Position numbers and translations under genes: made by a program
Assembly (NCBI GenBank): GCA_964016885.1
Contig: OZ024741.1
Span: 144,894,001-144,958,000, forward strand
Reading direction: 5' to 3'
DNA length: 64,000 bases
Source: Eledone cirrhosa
Lineage: Eukaryota
Notes under the pieces: generated by a model
What the model saw: only the letters and a program-made list of their open reading frames with translations
Told to the model about the DNA's origin: nothing
Databases searched by the model: none
Shown: in pieces, positions 48,801-63,968 of the stretch
Layout of the letters: every line of letters starts with the position of its first letter
Numbering within the stretch: the first letter of the stretch is position 1

Positions 48801-51079
48801 GCACCCCCTTCAAGAGATTTAGATGATCATATTGACCTCCACCTCTCCCACTACTTGTTTCTTTGAAGTTTGATGCTTATTTTATAATTGTCTTTTTGTC
48901 AAACCACTACATTGTGGGACCTAACCTAACAGTAAAGATAAACATGGACACATACACACATATGTTAAGATATACAACAGGCTTCTGCACATTTTCTATC
49001 TATAAAATTTTACTTACAAAGTATTGGTCAAATCAAGACTATAATAAAAGGCACTTGCCTAAGATATCATAGAGTGGGATGGAATCCAAACAACCAGGGT
49101 TGAACTAAGTCCTTTTGAGGCCTTAAGTATTCAGAAAATTATGGTGCCCTCCTACCCTCATACATAAAATCTCCAAATAAAATTTTTTGGGAATGACAAA
49201 TACATTTAATTTGTATACAATGGTACTCCTCTTTTTTTGTTGTCCAAAGCATGTGATTATTTTGCTTAATCTAGCCCTGGTAACAGTTATGGCTTCTACA
49301 TTGGAATTTTGCTAATGGAGGGGGGAGGGCAACTTAAAACTTTCTGGTGATCAATGAGATAAATACCAGTTATATGCTGAAGGTATCTTTGTTTTGAAAT
49401 CTTTTAGGAGATTTAGGGTCAATAAAATATATAACAATACAATTGGTTAAAGGTCATTTTTCTTGCTAATGCAGGGGTTATCTCTATGAGCTTCATAACA
49501 GATTTATATTCATCATGGGGTTCTTTTTGAGGTAATATTTTGCAGCTGAATACCCTACCTAGTGCCAACTCTTTTTGTCATCTCTTACAATACACAAGGA
49601 TATGGTGTACCTATTCTAAACTGGATTTATAGGTGATTAGCTCTGGAGTAGTAGAGAAGGCTAGAAAGAAAAGAAATGAGAATGGTTTCATGGATGAATG
49701 GAATATCTCCCAGAAAGAGGAAGACAAACAATGAATCTAAAAGATGATGGGGTGATGTTATACAGTCAGATTCCTTTCTTGGTACCAACCCTTTTAGTTG
49801 CTTCATGCAACATGCAAGGTTATGGGGAGGCCTATTCTAAACCAGATACACACACAATAGATAGCAGTATGGCATTTTAATTGAGTCAATTGATTATACT
49901 CAACTTTTGCTAAAATTGGTTTTGTGTCTGGATAGAAGAAGAAGAAGGAATCAATACCATTTGTACGTTATATTGAAAATAAACATTGAACTGATTTTTC
50001 ACTCTACCAAACTCCATCTCCTATAATTAATTTGCATATCATTATTATCATTAATTCTTTTCATGTTCTATTATTTTTGTAATAGTAAAATTAAATATAC
50101 TATTACTTAGACAAAATTTGTAAAATTTAATATAAAAAAAAACGATAGATAAATGATGTAACACTTAAAACTGGAATCAGCATAGATATTGATTTTTGTG
50201 TTGTATTTCCCATCAAGATTTTACAATGTAAAACATCATTTTTTCAAAATTCCTGATAAGGCAGAAAAGGAAATAGTGATGAGTGTGGTGGAGAAGGTGA
50301 AAAAAAAAAAAGGATAGGAAAAAACAAAAAGCAAAATTGTCGTGTAATATGACTTAAATACTAATTATGGCAAAACATTTTTGCATATTTTATCTTATTT
50401 TATATTTCATATATATATATATAGTTCTGTATTAAAGTGTCGGCTACAACTAGAAATCCTGTATGTAACTAAAAAGATATATAAACTATTTCAATTTTTT
50501 TTTATTTCTCTCAATTTTCCCCCGTTAGTGACTTGCATTTTAATGAAGAAATATTCATTTTATGAATTCCATCCAGGACATAGATTAAATTTATTTCCCC
50601 TTTGAGGCTTTGGTGTTCTTTAAAAAGTTTCAACCAGTTAAAAAATGAATAAACAAACAAACAAAAATACAGTGAACAACCAACAATAAATTGTGGCGGA
50701 TAACTTACTTTGTTTACAATATCATTTGTTGTTTACTTTCTGATGCAATGACAGCCATTTGCAAGGTGAGTGTATATGTGTGTGTGAGAGTAATCTGTCA
50801 TTTAGAGAGCTCAACTCCTGATCGTAAAGTCATGAGTTCAATTTCTGAACTCATGACTGAGTAAGACTTTATTTGGTATTTGGCATTGCTTCAGTTCATT
50901 TAGCCAGAAAAAATTAATTGTGCCAGTAATTCAAATGTCATACACTGTGCCATGTGGAATCTCCGTGAGAATTATGTTAAGAGTACATATGTCAGTGGAA
51001 TGCTCAGTCACTTGCATGTCAATTTCACAAACTGGTTGTAATGTTGATCAAACAACTCGAATACTTGTTGGAATAGGAA

Positions 51080-51487
51080 GTCTAACACTCATATATATGT
51101 GTGTGGGTGTATGTATAGATGTCTAACACCCACACACATATATATATGTGTGGGTGGGTGTATGTATAGATGTCTAACACACACACATATATATATATGT
51201 GTGTGGGTGTATGTATAGAAGTCTAACACTCATATATATATATATGTGTGTGGGTGTATGTATAGATGTCTAACACTCACATATGTATGTGTGTGTGGGT
51301 GTATGTATAGATGTCTAACACACACACATATATATATGTGTGTGGGTGTATGTATAGATGTCTAACACTCACATATATATATGTGTGTGGGTGTATGTAT
51401 AGATGTCTAACACTCATATATATGTGTGTGGGTGTATGTATAGATGTCTAACACTCACATATATATATGTGTGTGGGTGTATGTATA
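51080..51487. repeat. ~40-48-bp minisatellite, ~9 units
   Basis: GTCTAACAC(N)CATATATATGTGTGTGGGTGTATGTATAGAT repeated. Confidence 0.9.
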
Positions 51488-53164
51488 AGTGGATGGGTAC
51501 ATTCCACCATAGATAATATATTGTTCAGTCCCATCCAAACATTGGATCATCTCTTGGAAGACAATTCTGGGACTTTAATTAATTCATAGTATTTTAAATT
51601 CACTGCAACAATATGTTTTAACCCTTTAGCATCTAGATTATTCTATATTTACTATTGTATTTTCGCAGTAAAGGCTTTATCACATATATTATCTCAGATA
51701 ATATTGAATCTATGAGATTTTGATATGATATTATTCATATTATGCTTGGATTGGATAGGTCTATATCACCACAGCATCCTTCTAATCATTTTATTCTTTT
51801 GTCATTTTGTCTGTAAGCTTCTGCATTTTGAGATGAAGTCTCATCATCTCTTCCCATGTATATGTATGTACGTATAGTGGTCGTGTAGGAATCACAACAA
51901 AAAGCATCCAGCCCATGCTGTAAAGTGGTCATGTAGGTGTCACGACAAAAAGCACCCAGAGCATACTGTAAACTGGTCATGTAGGTGTCATGACAAAAAG
52001 CACCCAGCGCATACTGTAAACTGGTCATGTAGGTGTCATGACAAAAAGCACCCAGCCCACACTGTAAAGTGGTCATGTGGTCTCAACAAAAAGTACCCAG
52101 CACGCACTGTAAATGTGGCTGGCATTAGGAAAGGCATCCAGCTGTAGTAATCTAGCCCAAAATGGCTCCATATGGACAAGACAAGGTCAGCTGACCCAAC
52201 TTGCCTCAAATAGGACAACTCGTCCAACCCATACTAACGTGGAAAGTGGACGTTAAAAGATGATGATGATATCTGTATGTACGTATGCTTGTATGTATGT
52301 TTGTGTCTGTGTATATATAAATTTGCTATTTAATTGAATGAGAATATTTTAGCTGTACCACATGAGTGACACAAACAAATTATACACTGTAAATTATATG
52401 AGTAAATAGAAAGGTATGAAATATACAGTAAGGGTGGGACTAAATAGAAAGATGTAAATATTTACGAAGATTTAATTTAAATTGGAAACAATGTAGACAT
52501 CTGATTCTTGTGAGTCATTGTTGATCTGTTCTCAACATTAATTTCTAAGGACATTTAAAGAACAACTTTTAAAATGGCATGGAAGGATTTCTTGTCTTGG
52601 AGGAATAGCTAAATCAAAGATTACTCATAGCCACAAAGTAAAACAAACGATATGCCAGTCAGTTTTTATGTATTATTTGACTTGTTTGATATAGCTGGTA
52701 AATCCCTCTTCATAAACTCTATTGTTTTTAACCCTCTTATTACCAACCTGTCCCATCTCTGTTTCTATGAAGCAAAACCACCAATTTTAAAAGGATTTTA
52801 TTTAAATTAAAATCTTCCAACATAATTTAATATAAGAATCTTTTGATAAGTTATGTTATGAGCACCATCTTGATTATTAATTATTTTAGTAAATCCTTCC
52901 ACATTCTGAAATAATTTGCCCTAGTCCTATGACATAAACTAATGCATGCATTCTGTGTTTAGCTTCTTTAATGTAGGAATACAACACACTCCTTTTCAAC
53001 TTTTGTCTTTAGTGCACTGTCAACATATGTATATACATCTACAAATAAAACTTAATAACAACTACAACTGTCTCACTTATCAATTAAATATTTCCTAAAT
53101 ATCTTGGGACAACCTAAGCAATATTTTCTATTTAACTTTTATCTTCATGTTCCATGTCGAACTT

Positions 53165-53600
53165 TATTAGCAAGACATTTCTGAAAAGTATAAAACAGTG
53201 CTATAACTACATCTTATCAAAAATCAGTCTTTACTTTAATTCTACAAATGTTTACAAATGTCTGTCCACTGGTAAAGATACTATAAACACTTGAATTAAC
53301 AAACCACACAAACCACATTAGAAAGACACACTTGAAAAATATAAAACAACACTATGACAGCATCATATTCCAAATTAAAGTCTCTACTCTAATAATTGCA
53401 AAATTTCAAAATAATGTATCCACTGGTAAAGATACTATAAACATTTAAATTAACAAACTACATGAAACTGCATTAGCAAGACATTCTTGAAAAGTATAAA
53501 CAGTACTATAACTACAGTATATTAAAAGACTAATTCTGCAAAATTTCATGAAGATCTCTCCACTGCTAAAGATACTATAAACATTTGAATTAATAAGCCT
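53165..53600. repeat. Diverged ~150-bp tandem repeat, three units
   Basis: ATTAG(C/A)AAGACA..GAAAA.TATAAA and TCCACTG(G/C)TAAAGATACTATAAACA each recur three times. Confidence 0.8.
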
Positions 53601-55947
53601 ATTTCTAGATAAGATGATATGAGTTAATGAGAGATAGTCATAATTATGCTACAGTAATGAATCTTGGTATCAATGGTAAGTATCTAGTTGTTCGCTCAAC
53701 AAAACTACCTGCTCGTTGAATCAGCATGTAAGAAGCTGAGTATTCCATAGCCACATGTATTCTTAACACAATTACAAGTACAATTTATCCGATGAGTTTC
53801 CACACAGTTTCTGTGACATCAAATCACAGACTAAGGTCAACCCAAGGCTATGGTAAATGACACTTGCCCAAAGTACCACACAGTGGATCAAATCCAGGAC
53901 CTAATAATTGTAAAGCAAACTTCTTAACCATTCAATCATGCTGCATCTGCACTACTATTACTATTTATAGTCTTACACCAGTTTTGTGGAGGTAGTAGTA
54001 GCAATAGTAATAGTAATGGTGATGGTGGTATGAAAGTCATTCAGGTTATGTTGTTATTTTTAAAGTAATTATATTTGTTCTTTGACAGACGATTTTATTG
54101 GTTTTATATTTTTTTTTATAAATTGATATGTATGTGTATGTGTGTATGGTGTATATGTCCTTGTTGTATGTTTGTGTGTGATGTATATGGGTGTGTGTGT
54201 GTAGTGTATGTGAGTTTTTTTTAGAGTGTCCATGTTTTTTTAATAGGTGTGTGTTTGTGAGTACTTGAGTGTATGTCTAAGTATTTGAGTATATGCATGT
54301 GTTTGTAAGAGTGTGTGTGTGAGTATGTAAGTGAATGTGTATGGGAATATGTGAGTGTGCATGGGGAGTTAAGTATTTGATTATATGTGTGTGATTGTGA
54401 GTGTGTTTAAGTATTTAAGTATATGAGTGTCAGTATGTATGGAAGAATGTGTGTATGAGGGGCTTAAGTATTTGAGTATATATGTATGCGAGTGCATGTG
54501 TGTGTGTGTGTGTGTGTACGTTTGTAGAATGGAAGTTTGGAAAACATCACATCTCAAATAATTATCCAAAGATCAAATACAATTAAACATCTAGCTGGCG
54601 ACCATTTGATTGGAGACTGTGAAATAACCGCCCCATCCCTCCCACTTTCCAATAACAAAACAAACGAAACAAACGAAACAAAGCAAAATAAAAGAAATAT
54701 TTTCAGAATGGTTTATGTAATGGAACGGAATTATTTTACCAATATATAACTAGCCATGAGTATGTTATTTACAAAAGTTCTAAGTTCTCAGTCATTTTAG
54801 CTTTGGATTGTTATAGAATAAATCAGTGTCATTTATTGAAGAAAGAATGTTTATTTGTAAATGTCTGCAGAATTGGCTGGTTTTGAGATGGTTAGCATTG
54901 GCACCTCTCACTTGTTGTCGAAACCATGCCAAAACTGGAATGTGTGTAAGTGAAGATGCACTCCCTGGCCTGCCTGGGAGGACAGTAACTCCAAATCATG
55001 CCAAAAAAACTGGAATATATGTAAGCAAGATTTATCCATCCCCACCAACCTTGTCTAAAAGAACTGTAACTCAAGTTAAGAATTGAATTGGTCTGTCACA
55101 ATCTATCGAACCCATTTACATTACTCTATATTTACTATTGTATTTTCATGGTAAACACTTTATCTCACATAATATCAAATGTATGTGATTTTGATATTAT
55201 TTATTTTGAGAACAATAACTTAACATAAATATCAGCAGCCAGTTATGGCTGGTTTGAACAGAAAGAGATGAGAGAATTCTGGCTGGATGTGGCCAGTTTA
55301 AATACTAAAGGGTTAAACAATGATGATGATGTTATGTGTGTGTGTGTTTAAATAAAAATGAAATTTGCAGCTTTCACCTATGCAGGTATAGCTGCCCACC
55401 TACGAGGTTGCATCTCATAAAGGTTTCTTGGATATTTTAATTATATCCTATCATGAAAAACAAACAGCATGAAATAAAATGCTTTGCTGAAGAACGCACC
55501 ATCTGGTCCAGGAATTGAGCTAATGATCATATTATTATGAACCCAACACCCTCCCCACAAGGGCCATGAGAGTTCACTATAGGTCTGTGTTCATGTGTGT
55601 GTGTGTGCGTAAAATACTTAAAACACCTATTGTTTAGATAAAAACCTTTTAAGTTATGTTACAAATACCATCTTAATTAGTAAAAGCATCAAAATTCTTA
55701 ATTAAGTAGTGTGTATGTTATTAAAAAGATGATAAAGGAAGGCTTAATCCTCATGCCTGTCCTAAAGGAGTCATATATTTTTAACATTTTTGTTACCACA
55801 TTTGAATGAAATAAATACATTGCTAATGTGCTTCAATTAATTTTGAAAATAATCAAACATTTTGAGAAATTTAGTAAGATAACTAACTTTTTCACTACTG
55901 AGCTGGAGTTTGTAACATTACATAATAACACTTTCATACAAAAAAAT

Positions 55948-56158
55948 GATTTCTACTTTAGGCACAAGGTCAGCAATTTGGAGGAGGGGAAGTTGATTAA
56001 ATTGACCCCAGTGCATTACTGGTGCTTTATTTTATTGACCCCCATGAGGATGAAAGGCAAAGCTAACGTCAGCAGGATTTGACCTCAGAACGTAAAGGGC
56101 CGTAACTCTACGCCGCATGACGTCTGACACTGTACCGATACTGCTAATCCACCACCTT
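55948..56158 (-). mobile_element. SINE family A inserted in a MITE
   Basis: Homologous to 3608-3793. Confidence 0.8.
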
Positions 56159-56955
56159 ACATAAAATAATATTGGAAGGTTTAATATAAGTATAAACACT
56201 TTAAAACTAGTAGTTTTATGTCATAGAACCAGGGCTGGTTTTTGACAGTTTGGTTTCTAAAAGGTGAACTTTATAACACATCAGCTTTTGTTAGTTGTAT
56301 GGGCTTTAATGAATCCAAAGTGTTCATTTTAATCACTCTTTGTGGAACTTGAGCAGAAGCTATAGGTGTTTCTTTGTAAATACTATAGTGTTTAATCTGG
56401 AACTTCACTGTTTTTGTCAGCTCCTTATGCTCTGAGTTAATATAATAAAACCAAATAATAGAGGGAGAGGGAGAAATAGACAGAGGGAGATAGAAATAAT
56501 GAGAAAGAGAGATGGAAAAAATAGAGAAATTGTACAAGAGAAAAAGAAAGAAAGAGAGATAGCTAGGTACAGTGACATTAACAGAGTGACATTAAAGCTA
56601 GAAAAGATGAAAAAACAGAGAGGGTAAACGAAAAAGAAAGAAATACTTTTTTGGAGGGGTGGTATTTTCACTCTCTACCTCACTTTCCACCATCATTTCA
56701 GTTTGTTTATCCCTATAATTCATTCAAGGCAGACTATGACTCTCCCTCTCATGTTTTCATTTTGTTTCCTTGAAAATAGAGACATACATACACATGCATA
56801 CACACATATATATGCATGCACATACACAAACTTGCACACATACATTCATATATACTTTCATACATATACACCTATTTATAGTCATACATGCACTAGTACG
56901 TACACACACATACATACATGCATATATATATATCTATCTATATATATATATATAT

Positions 56956-57286
56956 CATCATCATTTTACGTCTGCTTTTCCCTGCTTGCAAGGGTGGGAC
57001 GGGAACTGATTCTGGCTTGATTTCTACAGCTGGATGCCCTTCCTAACACCAACCTCATTTACAGTGAGTGCTGGGTGCTTTTTTTCCGAGGCACCTCCAC
57101 GACCAATTTACAGTGGAATGATAGGGACCCCAGTCCCTATCATCTCATTTCTACAGCTGAGTAAACTGGAGCAATGTGAAATAAAGTGTCTTGCTCAAGG
57201 AAACAACACATCACCCGGTCTGAGAATTGAACTCACAACCTTTCGATTGCAAGGCCAATGCTCTAACCACTAAGCCATGTGCCTCC
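56956..57286 (-). mobile_element. SINE family B, full length
   Basis: Reverse complement of 27919-28245. Confidence 0.88.
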
Positions 57287-60200
57287 ATATATATATATAT
57301 ATAAATATATATATACATAGTCACAAAATAAATATGAAAAGAATATTTTGAAAAAGCGGAGAGAAGACGTTGGAATTTAACATTTCAGATAGTTATTATA
57401 AACTACATTGACATTTTTGACAGCTTCTAGACTTGATACAGACTTGAAGAAATACACAAGGAAACCATCTAAATCACACAAGGCTATCTTGACAGAATCT
57501 TTCTTTACTCATCACTCCTTAATATAGAAAAATAAATAATAAAGAAAGAAAGGTAAAAACTATAGCAAAAGACTATAACAAAAGACTATAACAAAAAAAT
57601 AAAATAAAATAATAAAAAAAACATGGTATGGTCATCTTTTAATCCTGCTATAAATATAATTGTTAGATTTATTTGAAAATCATGATTTCAGATGAATTAA
57701 AATACAATACTTGATTCCTTTTGCAAGTGCAGTCATAACTGTATAGTTAAGAAGATTGTTTTGGAACAATTGTGGTCTTGGGTTCAAGCTCACTGTCTTC
57801 TACAACAGCCCCTTGCTGAGAAATTCTTTGTGAGTGAATTTAGAGTGGCATAAATGTTATGTGAATTAAGTAACAATGAAGCTTTTCACAGCAAGATGTG
57901 GGTTATGAATACAGAAGACTTACAGAGACTAGAAAGGAATGAAGCATGCATGCTTCACTGAATATGTAATGTGAGCATACATGAACCACAGGACATAAGT
58001 ACGTTGAGAGAAAAACTGAGTATAATATAAATTGAGTGTTAGCTGTATAATGAAGTGCTGAGTGCTTAAACTGAATATATCCTGTGGAAAAATGAGACAA
58101 AAAAAAAAACATGCAACAAAGTTGTGAAGAATGGTCTCAAGAAACTGAACCTCAAAGAAATGAAACATTATGATGACTAGCAACTTGCTGTGATAGAAAT
58201 GATTCATTTTACCAGTATAAACATGTCAATGTGAATGTGATAGATTAGAGAGAGCATGGACTGGAAAGGTCTCCTTTTAGCTTGCAGTGGAGAGGACTGA
58301 CTGACAAACAAACTAAGTTAACAGTATACTATGTACAGTGGTTGGCTGTTGGAAGTGCATCTGCATATATGAGCAAGTTGTGGCTGTCAGATGATGACAA
58401 CCCGTCAAACCCATGCCAGTATGGAGAATGAATGTAAAATGATGATGATCATCATCATCGTTATTAATGATGTAAAGAAAATTTTGATTGTTGTATATTG
58501 GGTGGTAGACTTAATTTACTGTCTGTTTTAACAAAACCACCCGATTCTTCAGTGCCTTAGGCAGGGCCAACATTGTTGCAAGCATTTGAGCCAGATCTCT
58601 AGTTGGAAAATACTTTCCTTCCACCAGTTTTGGAGACCATGGAAGAGGATTTGGACACTACCCTTCTGTCATGGATCAAAATCAAATCAGGGACTTGGTT
58701 TACTTTTTATGTATGGCAGATGAAGCATATGTATATATTCCAGCCCACACTGTAAAGTGGTCGTGTTGGCGTCACAGCAAAAAAGTGCCCAGCTGTAAAG
58801 TGGTCATGTAGGTGTCATGGCAAAAAGCACCCAGCCCACTCTGTAAAGTGGTCGTGTAGGTGTCATGACAGAAAGCACCCAGCACTCATTGTAAATGAGG
58901 TTGGCATTAGGAAGGGAATCCAGCTGTAGAAACCAAGCCAAAATTGGTTCTGTACGAGCAAGACATTGTCACCTGACCTGGCATTGCTCACAACAAGATA
59001 ATTCATCTAACCCATGCCAGCATGGGAAAATGGACGTTAAATGGAGATGATGATAATGATATATATATATATATTTATATGATGATGATGATGACAACAC
59101 AGTATCTCTGATCATCACAACAGACTCTTGGCTCATTTTTCATAAACCATGTTCTCCACCTCACATAAACCTTACAAGTTCCCCTTCCCACATACACATG
59201 AAACAAAAATGTTTGTTTGCATGTATTTTAATAAGAATTTTAAGTTAAAAAAAATATAAATTATTTGAATAATGATAATAATGATAATAATAATAATATT
59301 AAGGATAATAATACTGATGATGGTGATGATGATAATAATATTAGATAAAACTTCATGTGGAGTATTTTATTCATTATGAAAAAAAAATGCTAATAAGCTA
59401 TATTATGAATCAAAATAAAGAATATTTTAATAATAATTATAACAATGAAAATGATAACAACAACATCAATAATAATAATAAATGATAAAATGAAAATTCA
59501 TAAAATCTATAATAAAAAGCCATATTTTATTAAACTGAAATGCCACTAACTGCCTTATGCCAATCAATATAATATGGACACCAAATGTTTGAAAAAGCAA
59601 GATTCTATTTTCGAAGCTTTGGAAATAGATTTTCGGAAGGAACTGTATCACTTCACTTTAACTAGGAATTAATTTAAAATTGTATCCAAGCCAAATTTAA
59701 TCCAATTGTTTCTTGTTTTTGTTGTTGATGTTGGTGTTTGTCCTTAAGTTCTGAAATGAAATATCTCTTACTTTTAAATACAATTACATGTTTGTTAGCT
59801 TTCATTTCATTTTATTTTATTTAAATATTTTGCTAGCAATATTATAAAAGGTTGGATATTTAAGAATATTGATACTAAAATATTTTCTTGCATGTTATTG
59901 ATTGAATTGTTGAATTTTAACAAAAATATTTCATAGAAAATTGTTGAAATTAAACAGCAAAAAATAAACCATAAGACGACTGAAGTCAAATTATTCTTTA
60001 TTTTATTTTGTATTAAAAAAACAACAACTATTTCCTGTTTACAAAACAGAAATAATCTCTTAGCTAATTTAATTTTGGGGTGGAAAGAGAGAGGACACAA
60101 AAAAATATAGTTATGTTATATTTGAGAATCCAGTGTATTTTTTAAAGTTATATATAAAATATATATTTTTTATTCATTTTCCAAATGGTTTATTAAGTTT

Positions 60201-60569
60201 TAAAGATTCATTTTTATTTGTTATTATTGTTTTTATTATTTATTGAAGTGTTCATATTATTTGTTTCATTTTATGGATTGATTTTTCTGTGGATTTCAGA
60301 TAGACTACAACACGGAGAAGATTAGCAATTTGAAAGAAGATGAAAAGCAGCAGCAAATTATTGACAATATATTATGAGATGAAAACTTTATTTACAATTG
60401 TATAAATAATATTACAAATGGAGAAGGGGTAAAGAAGGGCAGATCTGGATGTGTGTGAAAGTAGAGGTAAGGACTATAAAAGCCATAAATGAGAGAAAGA
60501 GGAGGGGAAAAGCAAAGACTCTAGGGGCACAGAAGAAAAGGAGGGAGATGGGGAGAGGGTGATGGGCTT

Positions 60570-61310
60570 TGGGCCTAGGGGGCTGCTGTTTTGGAGCTGC
60601 ACCCTCTGGACAAAACAGCAATAGCATTTCTGCGTCCAATGGCCAGTGACACCTGCTGCGACAGCCATCCCACCTCACAGGGCTCCTTCCTTAGACAGGC
60701 AGCTGATGTTCCGATTTTACAGAGGAGCTCAAGCAGTTCAAGGTTCAAGGACGCCTGAGGTCTTGACAGTGACCAGTGTGAAGAGAAAACAGCCAGATAA
60801 TCCCTAGTATTCATTTGTCTTCCTTTCCTCTGCATTGAGGGTCACAGTACTGGGGTTTGTGGCTGAAGTGACTAAGTTGGAGGCAGAGAACGTGTCACAA
60901 CATGTAGCATCCCAAAGGAGAGATCTACCTCCTTTGAATGAGAAGAGGGTAATTTTGTCAGGGTGCTTGCCATCTCTGCGGTCAAGGCCTGCTGACTCCA
61001 GTTGTGATGGGAAGCCAGCTGCATCTAGGCTCCTTGTCAATATGTCATTGAGAGCAGCATGTCAGGGGGGGGGGGGACCAGCCTGCGTCCTGGTGGCATG
61101 ACAGTAGGTGCAAGCCAAACTTGTCAATGACTGCCCCACAATAGTAGTTGTGTGGTTCACATATACGAAGGCCAAGGTGTTAGGCCATTCTGATCTGAGT
61201 GCACTCATCATCAAGAAGAGTGATGGTTGATGAGGAGGGCATTGAATTGAGCCACGCATTACTGTTGGTGAAGTTGATCGGAGGCAGATGCAATCTGCCT
61301 AAAGGAAGGC
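60570..61310 (-). mobile_element. CRE-clade-like LINE 3' fragment with restriction-like endonuclease, decayed
   Basis: HAALNDILTRSL..DGKHPD..GRSLLWDATCCDT..AEERK..Y and QQVSLAIGRRNA, matching CRE-type DGKRPDG/WD/IQRGNA motifs. Confidence 0.75.
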
Positions 61311-61589
61311 CTGAGTTATATTAATTAAAATAAAATAATGAATATATATTTTTTAAGGTAGCACCCCAGTATGTCTGCAATCTAATGACTAAAACTAGTA
61401 AAAACTATATATATATATGTATATATATATACATATACATTGGTAGAAATCCGTAGATGAAAGATCACGGAAAATAATACTTGATCCGTTGGAAGAGAGC
61501 TTGAACAAAGTTTCATACACTTAACATGTAAATAGTATGAAACTTTGTCTCAGTCCCTCTTCATTCCTTGAGTCATAATCATACCTTCC

Positions 61590-61925
61590 ATGAACTCCAC
61601 TGAATCAATCCTAGCACTGTCCTACATGTCCATTGAAGTCACTTGCCAAGATGATGAGGTCTCTTTTGTCAATACCTGAAGTTGTCTGTAAAAGTTCCTC
61701 ATAGAACCTGTCCTTTTGTTCTTTACTTAATCCTGCCTGTGGAGCATAGGTAGATGTAATTGTCACCAGTCTATTTCTTACAGTTAATCTAAGCTTGATA
61801 ATTCTGTCACCTACTCTAACTACCTATATTACCTTATCTATCCATTTCTCAGCTAGTAAGATGCCTACATCTCCTACCCCATCCTTACTCCCTTCCCAGT
61901 AGAGTTCATATCTAAGCTGCTTGAT
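61590..61925 (-). mobile_element. RTE endonuclease fragment
   Basis: Homologous to 10730-11030 ([21 protein letters not shown]). Confidence 0.8.
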
Positions 61926-62327
61926 CATGATCTATCTTAGTTGCTTGTCTGTGATAAGTTGCTTGCCCATGTATATATGTATATATACCTTTTTTACTTG
62001 AGGCTGTTTTTGAATATAGAGTTTGTTAATTTCACTCTGCTGAAATTTGGGATTTGAGATTGGGGTGGGGTGCACATAAATTTTATTCATATAGCATTAT
62101 AAAGTTAAACAAAGCTAAATTTTCTTTGGACTCATAGTGAAATAAACCAATCAGGATTATTTTATTTTTGATAGTTCAGGTGGGAATTTGTCAGCTTGTG
62201 TCTGAGCAAATATTACAAGTCAAGAATAAATATATTCTGAGGTATTTTTTGTGTGCTTGAAATTGATAGATTTGACTGTTGGGCTACTCAGGTTTAGCCC
62301 AAGTGCTGTAGTTACCATAGATATATT

Positions 62328-63255
62328 TACAAGTATCTAACCCATGCAAGTGTCTAACTCATGCAAGCTGTCTAACCCATACAAGCTGTCTAACTCATGT
62401 AAGCTGTCTAACTCATACAAGCTGTCTAATCCATACAAGCTGTTTAATCCATACAAGCTGTCTAATCCATACAAGCTGTCTAATCATATGGATTAGACAG
62501 CTTGTATGGATTAGACAGCTTGTATGGATTAGACAGCTTGTATGGATTAGACAGCTTGTATGGATTAGACAGCTTGACAAGCTGTCTGACCCATGCAAGT
62601 GTCTAATTCATGTAAGCTGTCTAACTCATGTAAGCTGTCTAACTCATGTAAGCTGTCTAACTCATGTAAGCTGTCTAACTCATACAAGCTGTCTAACTCA
62701 TACAAGCTGTCTAATCCATACAAGCTGTCTAATCCATACAAGCTGTCTAATCCATACAAGCTGTCTAATCCATACAAGCTGTCTAATCCATACAAGCTGT
62801 CTAATCCATACAAGCTGTCTAATCCATACAAGCTGTCTAATCCATACAAGCTGTCTAATCCATACAAGCTGTCTAACCCATACAAGCTGTCTAACTCATG
62901 TAAGCTGTCTAACTCATGTAAGCTGTCTAACTCATACAAGCTGTCTAACTCATACAAGCTGTCTAACTCATACAAGCTGTCTAATCCATACAAGCTGTCT
63001 AATCCATACAAGCTGTCTAATCCATACAAGCTGTCTAATCCATACAAGCTGTCTAATCCATACAAGCTGTCTAATCCATACAAGCTGTCTAATCCATACA
63101 AGCTGTCTAACCCATACAAGCTGTCTAACTCATGTAAGCTGTCTAACTCATGTAAGCTGTCTAACACATGTAAGCTGTCTAACACATGTAAGCTGTCTAA
63201 CACATGTAAGCTGTCTAACACATGTAAGCTGTCTAACACATGCAAGCATGGAAAA
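62328..63255. repeat. 18-bp minisatellite (~50 units) containing an inverted block
   Basis: Unit CAAGCTGTCTAA(T/C)(C/T/A)CAT(A/G); about five units inverted at 62487-62576. Confidence 0.95.
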
Positions 63256-63782
63256 TAACAATAAATGGTGATCATGATTTTATACACATATGACAGGCTT
63301 CTGCACACTTTATCTCTCCCAAATTCATTCACAAGACATGGGTCAGCTTGAAGCTATGGTGTAATAGATACTATATATAGTGGAATTGTACCCAAAACCT
63401 CATGGTTGCAAAGCAAACTTCTTAACCACAACACTATGTCTTCACCACTGTAGAACATAATATACTATTGAAGGTTGAATATCAGGTCAAAAGTAAGATT
63501 TCTGTCAAAAAGATATAATTAATTGATATGCTGTTTTGATATCTTACACTATTTTTTTAATAATACCTTCTGGTGTTGTTTAATTTAATTTTTTTATTTT
63601 TCTTGTCCTGTGATAAGTAGGATTAGGGATGTTTTATTTATTTTTCTATTTAATTTTTAGGTTTCTTATATTTGCATATGAAAAAAATAAGCTATAAAAT
63701 AAAAGTTAAAATATGATACTAACTAAACTTCTAAAATGTAAACTGGAATTTCACTCTTTTATTTTCATCTCATTATTGCTAT

Positions 63783-63968
63783 GGCGGATTGGCAGTATCG
63801 GTAGAGGGTCGGACGCCATGCTTTCCAGCATAGTTACGTCCCTTTATGATCTGAGTTCAAATCCCGCCGAGGTTGACTTTGCCTTTCATCCTTACGGGGT
63901 CGATAAAATAAAGTACCAGTAATGCACTGGATAATTGCTGGCCTTGTGCCTAAAGTAGAAACAATTAT
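63783..63968 (+). mobile_element. SINE family A
   Basis: Near-identical to 1880-2070. Confidence 0.88.

Noticed and set aside
62565-63332. 255-aa and 221-aa repetitive ORFs (LDSLYG / YKLSNP)
   Set aside because: By-product of an 18-bp minisatellite that is open on both strands; no unique domain
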